A stretch of DNA of 64,000 nucleotides from an uncultured Bacilli bacterium (GTDB lineage: Bacteria; Bacillota_I; Bacilli_A; RF39; UBA660): positions 64,001 through 128,000 of the forward strand of contig CANQQV010000003.1 of NCBI GenBank assembly GCA_947626095.1. Reading direction: 5' to 3'. Positions 19,564 through 30,217 of this stretch are shown here, in pieces. A program made the translations under genes and the position numbers. The notes beneath the pieces are model-generated. The model saw only the letters and a program-made list of their open reading frames with translations. It did no database searches and had not been told where the DNA came from. The first letter of the stretch is position 1; each line of letters opens with the position of its first letter.

Positions 19564-20415
19564 TTAAAAAAGCAAATTAAGAAATAATTCCAAAATAATC
19601 CCTGTTAACGCCCCAATTAAATACAAAGTAACAACAATAAAAATATTCTCTTTTAGCGACTTATTTCCTTTAAATAAAACGATTAAAGCAATTCCACTAC
19701 CAGTGAGTAAACCAGCTAAAGTACTAGCAAAACTTATCGTCTTACTTAAATATAATTCTGTAATCATAATACTAGATCCACAGTTAGGTATTAAACCTAT
19801 CAAACTAGTTATTAAAGGTCCTATTAAACTATTTTTATGTAATAATTTAGCTAAATACTGTTCCCCAACATAATGAAATAATATATTAATAATAAAAGTA
19901 ATAATTAGAATATATATAATCGTTTTCCCCGTATGAATAAGACTAGATTTAATTAAACTATCACTTTCTTCACATCCACAATGCTCATCCTGACATATAT
20001 CATATACTTTTTCTTCTTTTCTTTTCTTACGAAAAATAAAATCAATTATATAACCACAAATAACCCCAATAATAAACTTACAACCTAATAAAGCTAAAAT
20101 AACCTTAAAATCAACTCTATTAGATAACATTATTGGTAACATTTCATCACTCGTTGATAAATATATCGCTATTAAAGTTCCTAAAGATACAATTCTTGTA
20201 ATATATAAATTAGTCGCTATTACCGAAAAACCACATTGTGGTATTAAACCTAATAAACTACCAAATAAAGGTGAATACTTACCACTTTTCTTGATAATAT
20301 TTTCACTTTTTGTACTAAGTTTATGTTCTACATACTCAATAATTAAAAAGGCCACAAATAAGAAAGGTACTAACTTAATAGTATCTAAAAGAGTATCAAT
20401 TATAATATCTTTCAT
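19564..20415 (-). CDS. Putative metal (Mn/As) transporter, duplicated-motif permease
   Basis: GLIPQCG and GLIPNCG, STSDE, central CQDEHCGC metal motif. Confidence 0.8.
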   Translation of the reverse strand: MKDIIIDTLLDTIKLVPFLFVAFLIIEYVEHKLSTKSENIIKKSGKYSPLFGSLLGLIPQCGFSVIATNLYITRIVSLGTLIAIYLSTSDEMLPIMLSNRVDFKVILALLGCKFIIGVICGYIIDFIFRKKRKEEKVYDICQDEHCGCEESDSLIKSSLIHTGKTIIYILIITFIINILFHYVGEQYLAKLLHKNSLIGPLITSLIGLIPNCGSSIMITELYLSKTISFASTLAGLLTGSGIALIVLFKGNKSLKENIFIVVTLYLIGALTGIILELFLNLLF

Positions 20416-20528
20416 TCGCCCACCTCTTTTTTCCTTTTAATTTTATATTAGAACTTATCTTTCGTCAATAAATAACTAATATCAGTATATCATACTACTA
20501 TTATCTATGAAAAAAGAAATAACTCCTG

Positions 20529-21182
20529 TTATTTCTTATTCCATCTCTCATTAAACATATTATTTAAATATTCTACCCCAAAGTACTTATCTAATACTTC
20601 TTCAAACTTATTACTAGGTGGAATATTTTGTTCATACTTTTTACCACGATCAACCGCCGCCAATGTTAATACCGCATCACACAGTAAAAAGATTATCATA
20701 TATTTCATTAATCTAACGCTGTTATTTTTATCTAACTTATCAATTAATTTTTTTATTCTTGGATATAATAGTTTAATCCATACAATACCTAAAATACCCC
20801 AAAAAATTGAATATGTTAAGCAAATACGACCATTAATATTAAAAGGTTTACGCTTATAATTCCAAGCCACAAACCCAAACATTAATTCCATAACATAACT
20901 CATAATGTATTCTAAGATTGAACCAGTTGCAAAAGATACACAGAATATTTCAAAATTGCCCTTATTTTTTAAACGATATAACATAATCGTTAATACAACT
21001 GCTCCAATACCATAAACAAGGTTAAATGGACCAATTACTAAGGCTGTATGATTAATTAACACACCCTTTTTGATTAAAGTCCAAATACCTTCTATAATCC
21101 AACCAAAGATGCAACCAAATAAGAATGTATAAAACATATCATGAAATGAAATCTTTTCTGTTTTCATACCTATTCCCCACAT
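20529..21182 (-). CDS. CmpB/TMEM229-like putative permease
   Basis: FGWIIE, GPFNLVYGIG, LEY, WNY..PFNINGRICL. Confidence 0.85.
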   Translation of the reverse strand: MWGIGMKTEKISFHDMFYTFLFGCIFGWIIEGIWTLIKKGVLINHTALVIGPFNLVYGIGAVVLTIMLYRLKNKGNFEIFCVSFATGSILEYIMSYVMELMFGFVAWNYKRKPFNINGRICLTYSIFWGILGIVWIKLLYPRIKKLIDKLDKNNSVRLMKYMIIFLLCDAVLTLAAVDRGKKYEQNIPPSNKFEEVLDKYFGVEYLNNMFNERWNKK

Positions 21183-21221
21183 TGCCTAGATTATATCACT
21201 TAACCTATTCTCATGCAATTT

Positions 21222-24200
21222 TTAGTCCTTATTCAAAACTTTTTTTCTTGCTGCAATACTTTTTTTTAAATAATCAAGATAATAATTACATTTATACTCA
21301 TTGCTTAGTAAATCATACTTATGATACTCAGCACTAAATATTTCTTCAATTTCATTTAATTCATAAATCGAATTAGTTTCATTAAGACGATTAATAACAA
21401 CACTTAATAACAAGTATATATCATATCTTAACGCTTCTTCTTTATTCACCTTACGATAAGCTGTATAATTATTTTCTAACTTCGTTAAGACTTTTTTAAG
21501 TAGATATGGTTCATACGTCATTTCATATTCTTTTAATAACTTATTAACACTTAATAACTCTTTTTTAGCTACTTTCTCTAAATCAATACTAATAATTGGT
21601 AAACCTTCTGGATGTCTCTTACTTCTAAACTCTAAACTTATATTAACTATTTGATTTAAATACATCTTATCATTTAAACGATTAGCTTTAACTAAGATAT
21701 AATCTGGTTCTATATTAGGTATATTATCATCGTTATAATTAGGTCGTACTCCATATTTATTTAAATACAAAGTATTATTATAATCCCTAGTTTGATCAAT
21801 TAAATTACTAACTGATGAATAATAATCTTTACTATTATCATCTATTTTATCTAAATAATAATTAGATACTTTAATAAGTCCTTCAGCTAATAAACCATTA
21901 TAACCAAATAAGAAATCCTTATCAAATACTAAATTATCTTTAGTTATTAAACTACAAGGTACTCCCTTTTCTCCTTCGTTTAATAACTTATGATAACTTT
22001 TAAAATAACTCTTGGTCTTTAAATAAGACTCTTCTAAATCTAAATTACATACTAAGTATAAGAAATCTTCTTTACTCTTATATATCGTTATCTCTTTATT
22101 ATAGAAATTAATTGTTGATGCTTTTAAATTATTATTTTTACTACGTAACTCATAATTATATATCTGACCATACATCTTCTTTAGTTTATACTCTAAGCGA
22201 TAACTTTCATCCATTGCTATAACTTTATAATCTCTATCTAATTCTTTTAATGATTCATTATCGGTATTAAGTATTTTATTTAAATTCGTTACGAACATAT
22301 ATTCTTCGTTATAGACATTAATATCTACAGAACTAACATCATACATTTTAACCATTAAACGTGCTTCTTCTAAAGTCAATTTAAAATGTTTTTGGATAAA
22401 ATAATCTTTAATATTATCTTCCGTCTTAATAAGATTAGTCAATTTATTCTCTGTTTCTTTCTCATAGTTAACTATCTCTTCATAGGTATGAGGTGCTTTT
22501 AAAACAATTGGTCTTAATAAAACTTCTTCATTCCTATAAAACCTAGGTATTAAATATAATAAATAATTTATTAAACTGTTTAATTCTTTTTTAGGTATTC
22601 GCTGATAATTAACACCATCTAATAATTTCGGCAAATTACCAAATCTTTTACGATTCTTACTATTAGTTACCATAACTAATATATCTAATACTCTATCTAA
22701 CGTTTCATCTCTATTTAATTCTTCTAAAGCATAATACAAAGTATTAATTAACATACTTGGATTTTGATAGTATTTACCAATTACAACTATCTTTTCTTCT
22801 AAAGCAGGATACTTAGTAATATAACTTAAAATACTTAGTTTTAAATCAACAATATAATCTTCAAAGATTCTAAAATCTATTGTATTAAGTAAATAAGCAT
22901 TATTATTTAATAACTTTTTATAAATATTATAGTATTTACTAGATAAAACTTTTTCGACTAATTCTTTAGTACAAAATTCCTTTTTACCATCATAATCTAA
23001 TTCTCTAATAATGTTAGTCAATAACTCTTTATCAAAATAATTATATTCTTTATTAAAATACTTAATTAGATCTTCGCGATCTTTAATTACATCACTTATA
23101 ATATGATAATCTTCTTTCGCATATTTAAATAAAATATCTATTACTTTAAAGTTACTTAATACTTGACTATTAAAACTAATATCTGTTTTAAGTAATAATT
23201 CTTTTATAACTGGTGCTTTTAACTTCGTTATTTCATTAATATTATTTAAATAATAACTAATAGCATATTCATCTAAATGATATGACTTTTCATTGACTAA
23301 TTCATTTCTAAGTTCATTACTATCATAAAAATACTTACGTTTACTTAGAGGCATATCTTTTAATAACATATTAAGTAATTTAGAGTCTTTAAACTCTTCA
23401 ACATTCGCCATTAATAATAAACGATCATCCATTGTAAATTTACCAGCTTTAAATAAATTATCTAACATACTATAATCTTTACTCTTTAAACTATTAACTA
23501 TTCTTGTACATAATTCTTTATTTTTAATAATATCTTTCTTATAACTACTATCTATACGACACAACTCGGTTAAATCTTTAATATTAAATCTATTTAATTG
23601 TTCAGTCTTTAAATCAAGACGTTCTTCATAATTTAAAGCTTTAATAAACTTAACATCATCAATAATTTCTAAATTTCTTAACAAAGCCCCGTAATAATTC
23701 TTATTACTATCCGCAATAACTTGTAATTTATCTAAAGGTAAATCCTTAATAATATCAAAGTAAGGATCTACAAATAAATTTTGTTCTTTAACTAATATTT
23801 TTTTTAGATAACAATATGGTAAACTTCTTAATATATAAATGTTCTTACTATTAATAACTATTTGTTCAACATTATCTAACTGTAATAAATCTTTTTGTAA
23901 TAACTTATCTGTATTCTTAACTAGATGTAATATAATATTATCTTTTGAATAACTAGCTAAAATACTATCTAATTTTTTCTTGGATAAATATTTAAATAAT
24001 GGACAATCAACAGCATAATTATTATCTAACTTAGTTAAATAAATTTTTAAAAACTCTTCATTATTAGCTAATTCTTCTACTTTCTCATAACTAGCTATAA
24101 AATCATTAATCGCTTTTAAATTATATAATTTTAAAATACTTAAATTATTCTTAATTTGTTCTTTAGTATCTTCCTTTAAAGTATTAAAACTAAGACCTTT

Positions 24201-24650
24201 TTTAATTAATAAATTATCTATATCTATATCTTTTCTTAAAAAAGCCACTTCATCAGCTGTTAAATCATTAATTATCTCTTCTAAAGTAAGTATTTCATCC
24301 CCTTTTAAAATACTCTTTCTTATTTTTTTAGAATAAGTAAGTAAAGCTAAACGAGGTTTAGGGAAATTCGAAGTTAATGATAGAAGCATTGAACCATCTA
24401 TGTTTGTTGCATCTAAAAGTTTAATAAATTCTTTATCATTATAAACTGTTTTTAAATAATCAAAAACCATGAATTTATTAGCTACATACAAATATGGATA
24501 TAACATTGAAACATTATCTAAATTAAATCTAAAACTTTTATCTAAAAGATGCAGATTTATTTTCGTTAATATTTTCTTAGCTTTCTCCTCATTATTCTTA
24601 TTACTTTCTAATTCTTTAAATAACTTTTTCATAGACTCTTGTTCTTGCAT
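21222..24650 (-). CDS. Large (1142 aa) hypothetical protein, helical N-region, C-terminal conserved-looking domain (possibly degenerate ART-like)
   Basis: Long ORF with GGAG RBS; C-terminal LYLVC, VPCSLI, YNNTL, EPDYILV, LPIISID pattern. Confidence 0.75.
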   Translation of the reverse strand: MQEQESMKKLFKELESNKNNEEKAKKILTKINLHLLDKSFRFNLDNVSMLYPYLYVANKFMVFDYLKTVYNDKEFIKLLDATNIDGSMLLSLTSNFPKPRLALLTYSKKIRKSILKGDEILTLEEIINDLTADEVAFLRKDIDIDNLLIKKGLSFNTLKEDTKEQIKNNLSILKLYNLKAINDFIASYEKVEELANNEEFLKIYLTKLDNNYAVDCPLFKYLSKKKLDSILASYSKDNIILHLVKNTDKLLQKDLLQLDNVEQIVINSKNIYILRSLPYCYLKKILVKEQNLFVDPYFDIIKDLPLDKLQVIADSNKNYYGALLRNLEIIDDVKFIKALNYEERLDLKTEQLNRFNIKDLTELCRIDSSYKKDIIKNKELCTRIVNSLKSKDYSMLDNLFKAGKFTMDDRLLLMANVEEFKDSKLLNMLLKDMPLSKRKYFYDSNELRNELVNEKSYHLDEYAISYYLNNINEITKLKAPVIKELLLKTDISFNSQVLSNFKVIDILFKYAKEDYHIISDVIKDREDLIKYFNKEYNYFDKELLTNIIRELDYDGKKEFCTKELVEKVLSSKYYNIYKKLLNNNAYLLNTIDFRIFEDYIVDLKLSILSYITKYPALEEKIVVIGKYYQNPSMLINTLYYALEELNRDETLDRVLDILVMVTNSKNRKRFGNLPKLLDGVNYQRIPKKELNSLINYLLYLIPRFYRNEEVLLRPIVLKAPHTYEEIVNYEKETENKLTNLIKTEDNIKDYFIQKHFKLTLEEARLMVKMYDVSSVDINVYNEEYMFVTNLNKILNTDNESLKELDRDYKVIAMDESYRLEYKLKKMYGQIYNYELRSKNNNLKASTINFYNKEITIYKSKEDFLYLVCNLDLEESYLKTKSYFKSYHKLLNEGEKGVPCSLITKDNLVFDKDFLFGYNGLLAEGLIKVSNYYLDKIDDNSKDYYSSVSNLIDQTRDYNNTLYLNKYGVRPNYNDDNIPNIEPDYILVKANRLNDKMYLNQIVNISLEFRSKRHPEGLPIISIDLEKVAKKELLSVNKLLKEYEMTYEPYLLKKVLTKLENNYTAYRKVNKEEALRYDIYLLLSVVINRLNETNSIYELNEIEEIFSAEYHKYDLLSNEYKCNYYLDYLKKSIAARKKVLNKD

Positions 24651-24711
24651 AATGCCAACTCCCTATTCTCTATTTATTATAGCAAATATCCCTATTAAAA
24701 AAAAGGAATTT

Positions 24712-25632
24712 TTATTTCCTTTCTTCATTATTATTAATTGCATTTTGCGCTAGCAATATTGCATCATCTAATGTATTAGTACAAGCTAAAAAACCACTTG
24801 CATGCACAAAACGAGCACTTTTTATCTGTGATATTTGTGCTAACTCTTCATCATGTAATCCATAAAACCTTGTATCAAAATGACAAACTAATTCTTTTGA
24901 TTTTTCATTAATCGTCATTGGCTTTATACTATAACCTCCTCGATTAGAAGGAAATATTACTACTTTTATTTCTTTAGCTTTTGGCTTTACTGAATTAAAA
25001 ATGGCTTCTTGATATGGCATATATTCATCTAATATTAAAATATTACCTTCTACTTGATCAATTAGCTCATTAACCTTTTTACTCGCTTTTATTTTAGCTA
25101 ATTCTTTTCTAATAAGACGATCAAATATATCTAAAGCACAAGCTACTGCTTTTAAGAAATTTTCGTCATTATCAACATCTTCATCCCAAGCTTTATTATA
25201 TAAATCAATTATTGCATCTAAGTCTAATAAACTATATGGTGCATTAACTTGAGGAAATAAACCATTATCAATCCCATCAATCTGTTTAACTAACTTTTCA
25301 TCAATCGCTTGCCATAGTATTTCATAATCCTCTGTTATAGTCTTTAAATATTCTCTACCATAAGTTTCCCATAGTAAACCAAAAGAACAATATTTTATTT
25401 TTTCATCACGCCACTTTGCATCTGGACCATGATGATCAAAGCTTCCAAACCCAATATCATATACAATACTATCTTTATTAATATCATCAGGAACATAATT
25501 AACTCGACATACTACCGGATTTGAAACAATCTTAGTTAAAAAAGCCGTACTAAAGACATCATCGGGATGAAAAGTTGAAGCATGTGTAATTAAATTAGCT
25601 TCTTTTATATCTTTCGTTATTTTAAGATTCAT
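24712..25632 (-). CDS. MYG1-family (DHH-like) exonuclease/metal hydrolase
   Basis: THASTFHPDDVF, YDIGFGSFDHH, IDGIDNG, FVHASGF. Confidence 0.9.
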   Translation of the reverse strand: MNLKITKDIKEANLITHASTFHPDDVFSTAFLTKIVSNPVVCRVNYVPDDINKDSIVYDIGFGSFDHHGPDAKWRDEKIKYCSFGLLWETYGREYLKTITEDYEILWQAIDEKLVKQIDGIDNGLFPQVNAPYSLLDLDAIIDLYNKAWDEDVDNDENFLKAVACALDIFDRLIRKELAKIKASKKVNELIDQVEGNILILDEYMPYQEAIFNSVKPKAKEIKVVIFPSNRGGYSIKPMTINEKSKELVCHFDTRFYGLHDEELAQISQIKSARFVHASGFLACTNTLDDAILLAQNAINNNEERK

Positions 25633-26852
25633 TTTTTGACCTTCTTTCTCGTTGTTGTAAAACGTGCAAATTTAGTTAATTCAAAAATAACAATTGGCAC
25701 CAAACTAACTAATACTGAACTAAAATAATTTTTTAAACCAATATTTCTAGTTGTAAAATAAGTAAAATAATTTATTCCGATTGTTATTGCAATACTTATT
25801 ACAACATATAAATCTATTCTTATATTTTTTAAAGACTTAAAAATATTATATAAAATATTATGTTCACTAAATAAAGAATAAGTCATCAAAATATTAATAT
25901 ATATATAAACAATAAAATAAATAGTATTAGCCAAATTAATTGAGCCACCTTGTGCTAAAACAAACATATATGGAATTGCTAAAGCAAATACTATACAAAA
26001 TGATTCCATAACATTAATAAATAATTCTTGACTACCCATAAAAACATATAGTGGTTTAGGTTTTCTCACGCCTATATCAGTATCATAAGGCATCTTTTTA
26101 TATACAACTTCACTCACTACAATAGTAAATAATTTAAGCACTAAAATAAGTAATAAATTATTAATTGTTGGAAAACCAGCAATTAGAAAAGCAAAATAAC
26201 AAATTAATAATGGTAAATAAGTATTAATAATATATTTTATCGTTCTAATATAATTATCAGCTACTCCCCTAGCTTCATATATTTTATGATAAGCTTCATC
26301 TAATGAAGCAAATTCATAGTAAGTTGTTAATTTATTCATTTTATTTAATAAATCTAAATTATCCGTTTTAATTATTATATTTTTTCTTAAATAACTATTA
26401 TTTACTTCATCTTCGTTAATAACTTTTAACTTCGTTTTTATCTTTTTATTAATTAAAACAATAACATTAATACCCGCTCTATTAAACTTTTTTATTAAAT
26501 CAGCATTATAAATATTTGTTACAATTGTCTTCGTATGATTTATCTTTTCTTCATCTTTGAAACTAACTAAGTATAACGTATTAATTGATAAAGGCATTGT
26601 AATAAAAGCTATTGCTAACGCATTTATAATAACATTTAATGTTGATTTATCACTTTTAGCTTCAATAAATAAAGCAATAACAAAAACCAAAAAGGAAACA
26701 ACATATAAAATGATATTTAATTTACGGGCTTTATTATATAATTCTTTTTTATAAACATCACGATATTTCTTACTTTGATATATCTTATAAACAATTATTA
26801 CTATTAACACCATAATAGATAATAAAATCTTCATTTTCATATCTACCACCAC
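25629..26852 (-). CDS. Degenerate P-type ATPase homolog (membrane part plus P-domain remnant)
   Basis: TMPLSI vs AMPEGL, IKKFNRAGINV vs IKECKNAGIKV, IYEARGVADNYIR vs IEEGRTAYSNIR, RKP; no DKTGT, TGES or GDGxND. Confidence 0.7.
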   Translation of the reverse strand: MVVDMKMKILLSIMVLIVIIVYKIYQSKKYRDVYKKELYNKARKLNIILYVVSFLVFVIALFIEAKSDKSTLNVIINALAIAFITMPLSINTLYLVSFKDEEKINHTKTIVTNIYNADLIKKFNRAGINVIVLINKKIKTKLKVINEDEVNNSYLRKNIIIKTDNLDLLNKMNKLTTYYEFASLDEAYHKIYEARGVADNYIRTIKYIINTYLPLLICYFAFLIAGFPTINNLLLILVLKLFTIVVSEVVYKKMPYDTDIGVRKPKPLYVFMGSQELFINVMESFCIVFALAIPYMFVLAQGGSINLANTIYFIVYIYINILMTYSLFSEHNILYNIFKSLKNIRIDLYVVISIAITIGINYFTYFTTRNIGLKNYFSSVLVSLVPIVIFELTKFARFTTTRKKVKK

Positions 26853-26902
26853 CTCAATTATATCACAAAAAAATCACTAATATTACGAATGTAGTGATTC
26901 TT

Positions 26903-27751
26903 TTATTTATATAATAATTTCTTTAAACCATCATCTTTATGTTCTAAATAAAATTCTGTATCAAATAAATCATGTACTATTTCTTCACGTGATTTTAATT
27001 CTTTTTTTGCCTCTGCTATTTTTTCTTTTTCTTTTAACAACTTCTTTTTTTGTAAGTGAAGCTCCGCCATCTTTAACTCATCTTCCGTCAGAGTTAAAGT
27101 CTCAGTTTCTTCCCTTTTCTTATCTTGCATTAAAGCCTTTTTCTGATAATCATAAGTAACATATAAACTTCCAGCAATAGCTGGTATAGCTAAAATCGTT
27201 GAAACTAAATTAGGATTTAAACTTAACAAGGTATTAAAAGAAGAAACATTAATATAACTTAATAAATTTTTTAAAGTTGGTGCTGAATAAGCAAAAAAAC
27301 TACCTACTATTGAGGCGGCTAATAAAACTGTTTTAGCTTTACCAGCCATACTTGATTGTGAGTTATTGCCTCTTTCCACACTACTATAATTAACAAAAAG
27401 AATTCCTAACTCTAAACCAATTATTATTAAAAATATAGGATTTAAAGTCGATAAAATTAATAAACAGACAATTCCAAATGCTTTATCAGACAAAGCATCA
27501 AGAATACTTCCAAAAAAGCTTTGAACATGAAGTTTTCTGGCTAAAAAGCCATCAATAAAATCTGTTGAAAAAAAGCCTATCGCCGCTAACGCAGTCGCTA
27601 AAGCACCATGAACTGCATAAACAGGTATTATTGCTATAGTACCTAAAGAACGTATAAAAGTAATAAGATTAACCAAAACTTTATTACGTATATGTTTATG
27701 TTGTTCTTGTTTATCTTTTTCTACTTTAATAAACTTGTCTTCCTTTTTCAT
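26903..27751 (-). CDS. CDP-alcohol phosphatidyltransferase (PgsA/Cls-like) with charged C-terminal extension
   Basis: NLITFIR, TDFIDGFLARK..SFFGSILDALSDK, GKAKT. Confidence 0.88.
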   Translation of the reverse strand: MKKEDKFIKVEKDKQEQHKHIRNKVLVNLITFIRSLGTIAIIPVYAVHGALATALAAIGFFSTDFIDGFLARKLHVQSFFGSILDALSDKAFGIVCLLILSTLNPIFLIIIGLELGILFVNYSSVERGNNSQSSMAGKAKTVLLAASIVGSFFAYSAPTLKNLLSYINVSSFNTLLSLNPNLVSTILAIPAIAGSLYVTYDYQKKALMQDKKREETETLTLTEDELKMAELHLQKKKLLKEKEKIAEAKKELKSREEIVHDLFDTEFYLEHKDDGLKKLLYK

Positions 27752-27802
27752 CCTGCTAAAACTCCCATCGATTTCCTATAATAGCAATGGCTATATAAAA
27801 TG

Positions 27803-28381
27803 TCAAACTTTAATATCACTAAATTTTAAATGGTATTGAATATAAGCATTAGAAATCGTTATATCAGTAATTATTTTTTTATTAGAACGTATACTTATCT
27901 CAGTACTAAGTTCCTCAAATGTTATTTCATAACGATACTCAATATATGATTCATTATCAAATACTTCTTCTTCACTATCTTTTATTAAATCAAATATATA
28001 TGTAGGATCTAATAAGTTACTATCAATTTCCTTAAATACATCTTTCTTCGTATTAATATTATATTCCACAAAACTAGGTAAAGTACATTTACCTATTTCT
28101 TCATTTTCATTTCTTTTTCCTTCACATTCAAAATAATACGTTTTATCTTGCATACTATACATTAACGTATAATCATAGTTATATTTATTTTTCTTTAAAT
28201 TACTTTTTTGTTCTTCGTAATCTACTTCTTTTATTTCTTGTTCTTCATTATCACTAATTGGTATATCTACTTTTTCTTCTTTTATAAACCACTTTTCTGG
28301 TGCTAAAAACACAATAAATATTAAAGCACCAATAACTAAAATGGCATATCCTATTAATAAAAATTTATGTTTCTTACTCAT
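27803..28381 (-). CDS. Hypothetical N-anchored membrane protein
   Basis: N-terminal TM; start abuts the fmt stop. Confidence 0.7.
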   Translation of the reverse strand: MSKKHKFLLIGYAILVIGALIFIVFLAPEKWFIKEEKVDIPISDNEEQEIKEVDYEEQKSNLKKNKYNYDYTLMYSMQDKTYYFECEGKRNENEEIGKCTLPSFVEYNINTKKDVFKEIDSNLLDPTYIFDLIKDSEEEVFDNESYIEYRYEITFEELSTEISIRSNKKIITDITISNAYIQYHLKFSDIKV

Positions 28382-29316
28382 TATTTTACTATGCTATAAA
28401 GAACACGAGCTTTATCTAAACCATTTATATAATCTAAAGCTGCCATTTCTTTTTTACCAAAAGGTTTAACTCTTGTAATATAGACTACTTTATCTTTTGT
28501 ACATATACCAATATTATCTTTATTTATTTCACATATTGTTCCTGCTGAAAAACGACTATCTTTATCTCCAATAAAACATTCTAAAATTTTTACTTCTTGT
28601 TCATTAATCAAACAATTAGCTTTAGGCCATGGATATAACCCACGAACTTTATTATATATTTCCTTTGCCGTTAAATTAAAATCTAAATGTTCTTCTTCAC
28701 GTGTAATATTATAAGCATAGGTTGCTAAAGCATCATCTTGCTTTATTCTTTTGTTAGTTCTCTCGACAATTGAAGGCAATGTATCTAACAATAAATCTCT
28801 ACCCATTACACTAAGTGTATCATGTAAAATACCAACATTATCACTATCTTTAATTATATATTCCCTAGTTGCAATAATATCACCAGTATCCATATTCTTA
28901 TCCATATACATAATCGTAATTCCCGTTTTTTCTTCACCATCTATAATTGCATGATGAAGTGGTGCTCCACCTCTTAATCTTGGTAACAAAGAAGCATGAA
29001 CATTAATACAACCTAATCTTGGCGCATTTAAAATTTCTTCGGGAATAATTTGACCATAAGCACATGTAATTATTATATCTGCCTTAGTATTAACAACTTC
29101 ATTGTATTCTTTTCTTATCTTAGTTGGTTGAAAAACTTTAATACCATGACTTAAAGCCACTTTCTTAACAGGTGTCATCTCCATTTCATGATGACGACCA
29201 ACTTCTTTATCTGGTTGTGTTACGACCATTACAACATCTGTATTTTCAATTAACATTTCTAATATAGGTACTGCAAAATCTGGAGTTCCCATAAAGATAA
29301 CTTTTGTATCTTTCAT
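28381..29316 (-). CDS. fmt: Methionyl-tRNA formyltransferase
   Basis: FMGTPDFA, TQPD, NVHASLLP..RGGAP, DTGD. Confidence 0.97.
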   Translation of the reverse strand: MKDTKVIFMGTPDFAVPILEMLIENTDVVMVVTQPDKEVGRHHEMEMTPVKKVALSHGIKVFQPTKIRKEYNEVVNTKADIIITCAYGQIIPEEILNAPRLGCINVHASLLPRLRGGAPLHHAIIDGEEKTGITIMYMDKNMDTGDIIATREYIIKDSDNVGILHDTLSVMGRDLLLDTLPSIVERTNKRIKQDDALATYAYNITREEEHLDFNLTAKEIYNKVRGLYPWPKANCLINEQEVKILECFIGDKDSRFSAGTICEINKDNIGICTKDKVVYITRVKPFGKKEMAALDYINGLDKARVLYSIVK

Positions 29317-29341
29317 ATTATCACCTTATCTATTATAACAT

Positions 29342-30217
29342 TTATTTTCTTCTGTTTTCACTTATTAATTCCATATCTTCGGTAAGTTCTTTAATTCTTT
29401 CAACCAAACGACGTGCTTTTACTTCATCATCACTATATTTATTTGTATTTAAATGATTTTCTAATTCTTTAAGAGTTAAATTAGAAGTAAAGAAAGTTGT
29501 CTTATAATTATTCATTCGTTTTTGTAATATTGGTCCTAATATTTCATCTCTACCCCATTCAGTAACTCTTTCAGCTCCAATATCATCAAGTAATAACAAA
29601 TCCACATTTTCTAAGTAATCAATATAATCAGCAAAATTATCAAAGTCACTCTTTAAATCACGTAATAATTCGGGAAAATAAACAATTTCTGTTGTAACTC
29701 TCTTTTTAGCTAACTCATTAAATAAAGCAGCTATAAAATATGTTTTACCACTACCAAAATTACCATGTAAATAAAGCCCTTTAAATTTCCCATTACGATT
29801 ATATTCATCATAAAACTTTTTTAACCATTTAATAACATGAATTCTCTTTTTATCCGTCAAATCCAAATCCGCCATTGAAGCTGAAGCTAATTCCTTTTCT
29901 CTAGTTGGTTTATTTTCTTCTTGTTTTATTGCTTCCTTTTGATATTTACAAGGTGCATACGAAAATATAACATTATTATTTTGCTTTTCTGGATAAAAGA
30001 CATGTCCTTCTTGTTTATTTTGACAAACCATTAAACCAGTACATTCATGACAATTAGTCAGTTCACTAACTGTTCTTTCTAAAGATGAAGTATATTTCAT
30101 CGCTTCTTCATCTTTTAAACCTAATTTTTTTACTAAAGCACAAAACTTTTTATCCTTTTGCGCTTCACTATAACTTTCTTTTAAGGCTTTTTCATTATAT
30201 TTTTCCATCTTAATCAC
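29342..30217 (-). CDS. dnaI: Primosomal helicase loader DnaI
   Basis: Zn-binding CxxC..C, GLYLHGNFGSGKT, LLLDDIGAE, TFFTSN. Confidence 0.95.
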   Translation of the reverse strand: MIKMEKYNEKALKESYSEAQKDKKFCALVKKLGLKDEEAMKYTSSLERTVSELTNCHECTGLMVCQNKQEGHVFYPEKQNNNVIFSYAPCKYQKEAIKQEENKPTREKELASASMADLDLTDKKRIHVIKWLKKFYDEYNRNGKFKGLYLHGNFGSGKTYFIAALFNELAKKRVTTEIVYFPELLRDLKSDFDNFADYIDYLENVDLLLLDDIGAERVTEWGRDEILGPILQKRMNNYKTTFFTSNLTLKELENHLNTNKYSDDEVKARRLVERIKELTEDMELISENRRK

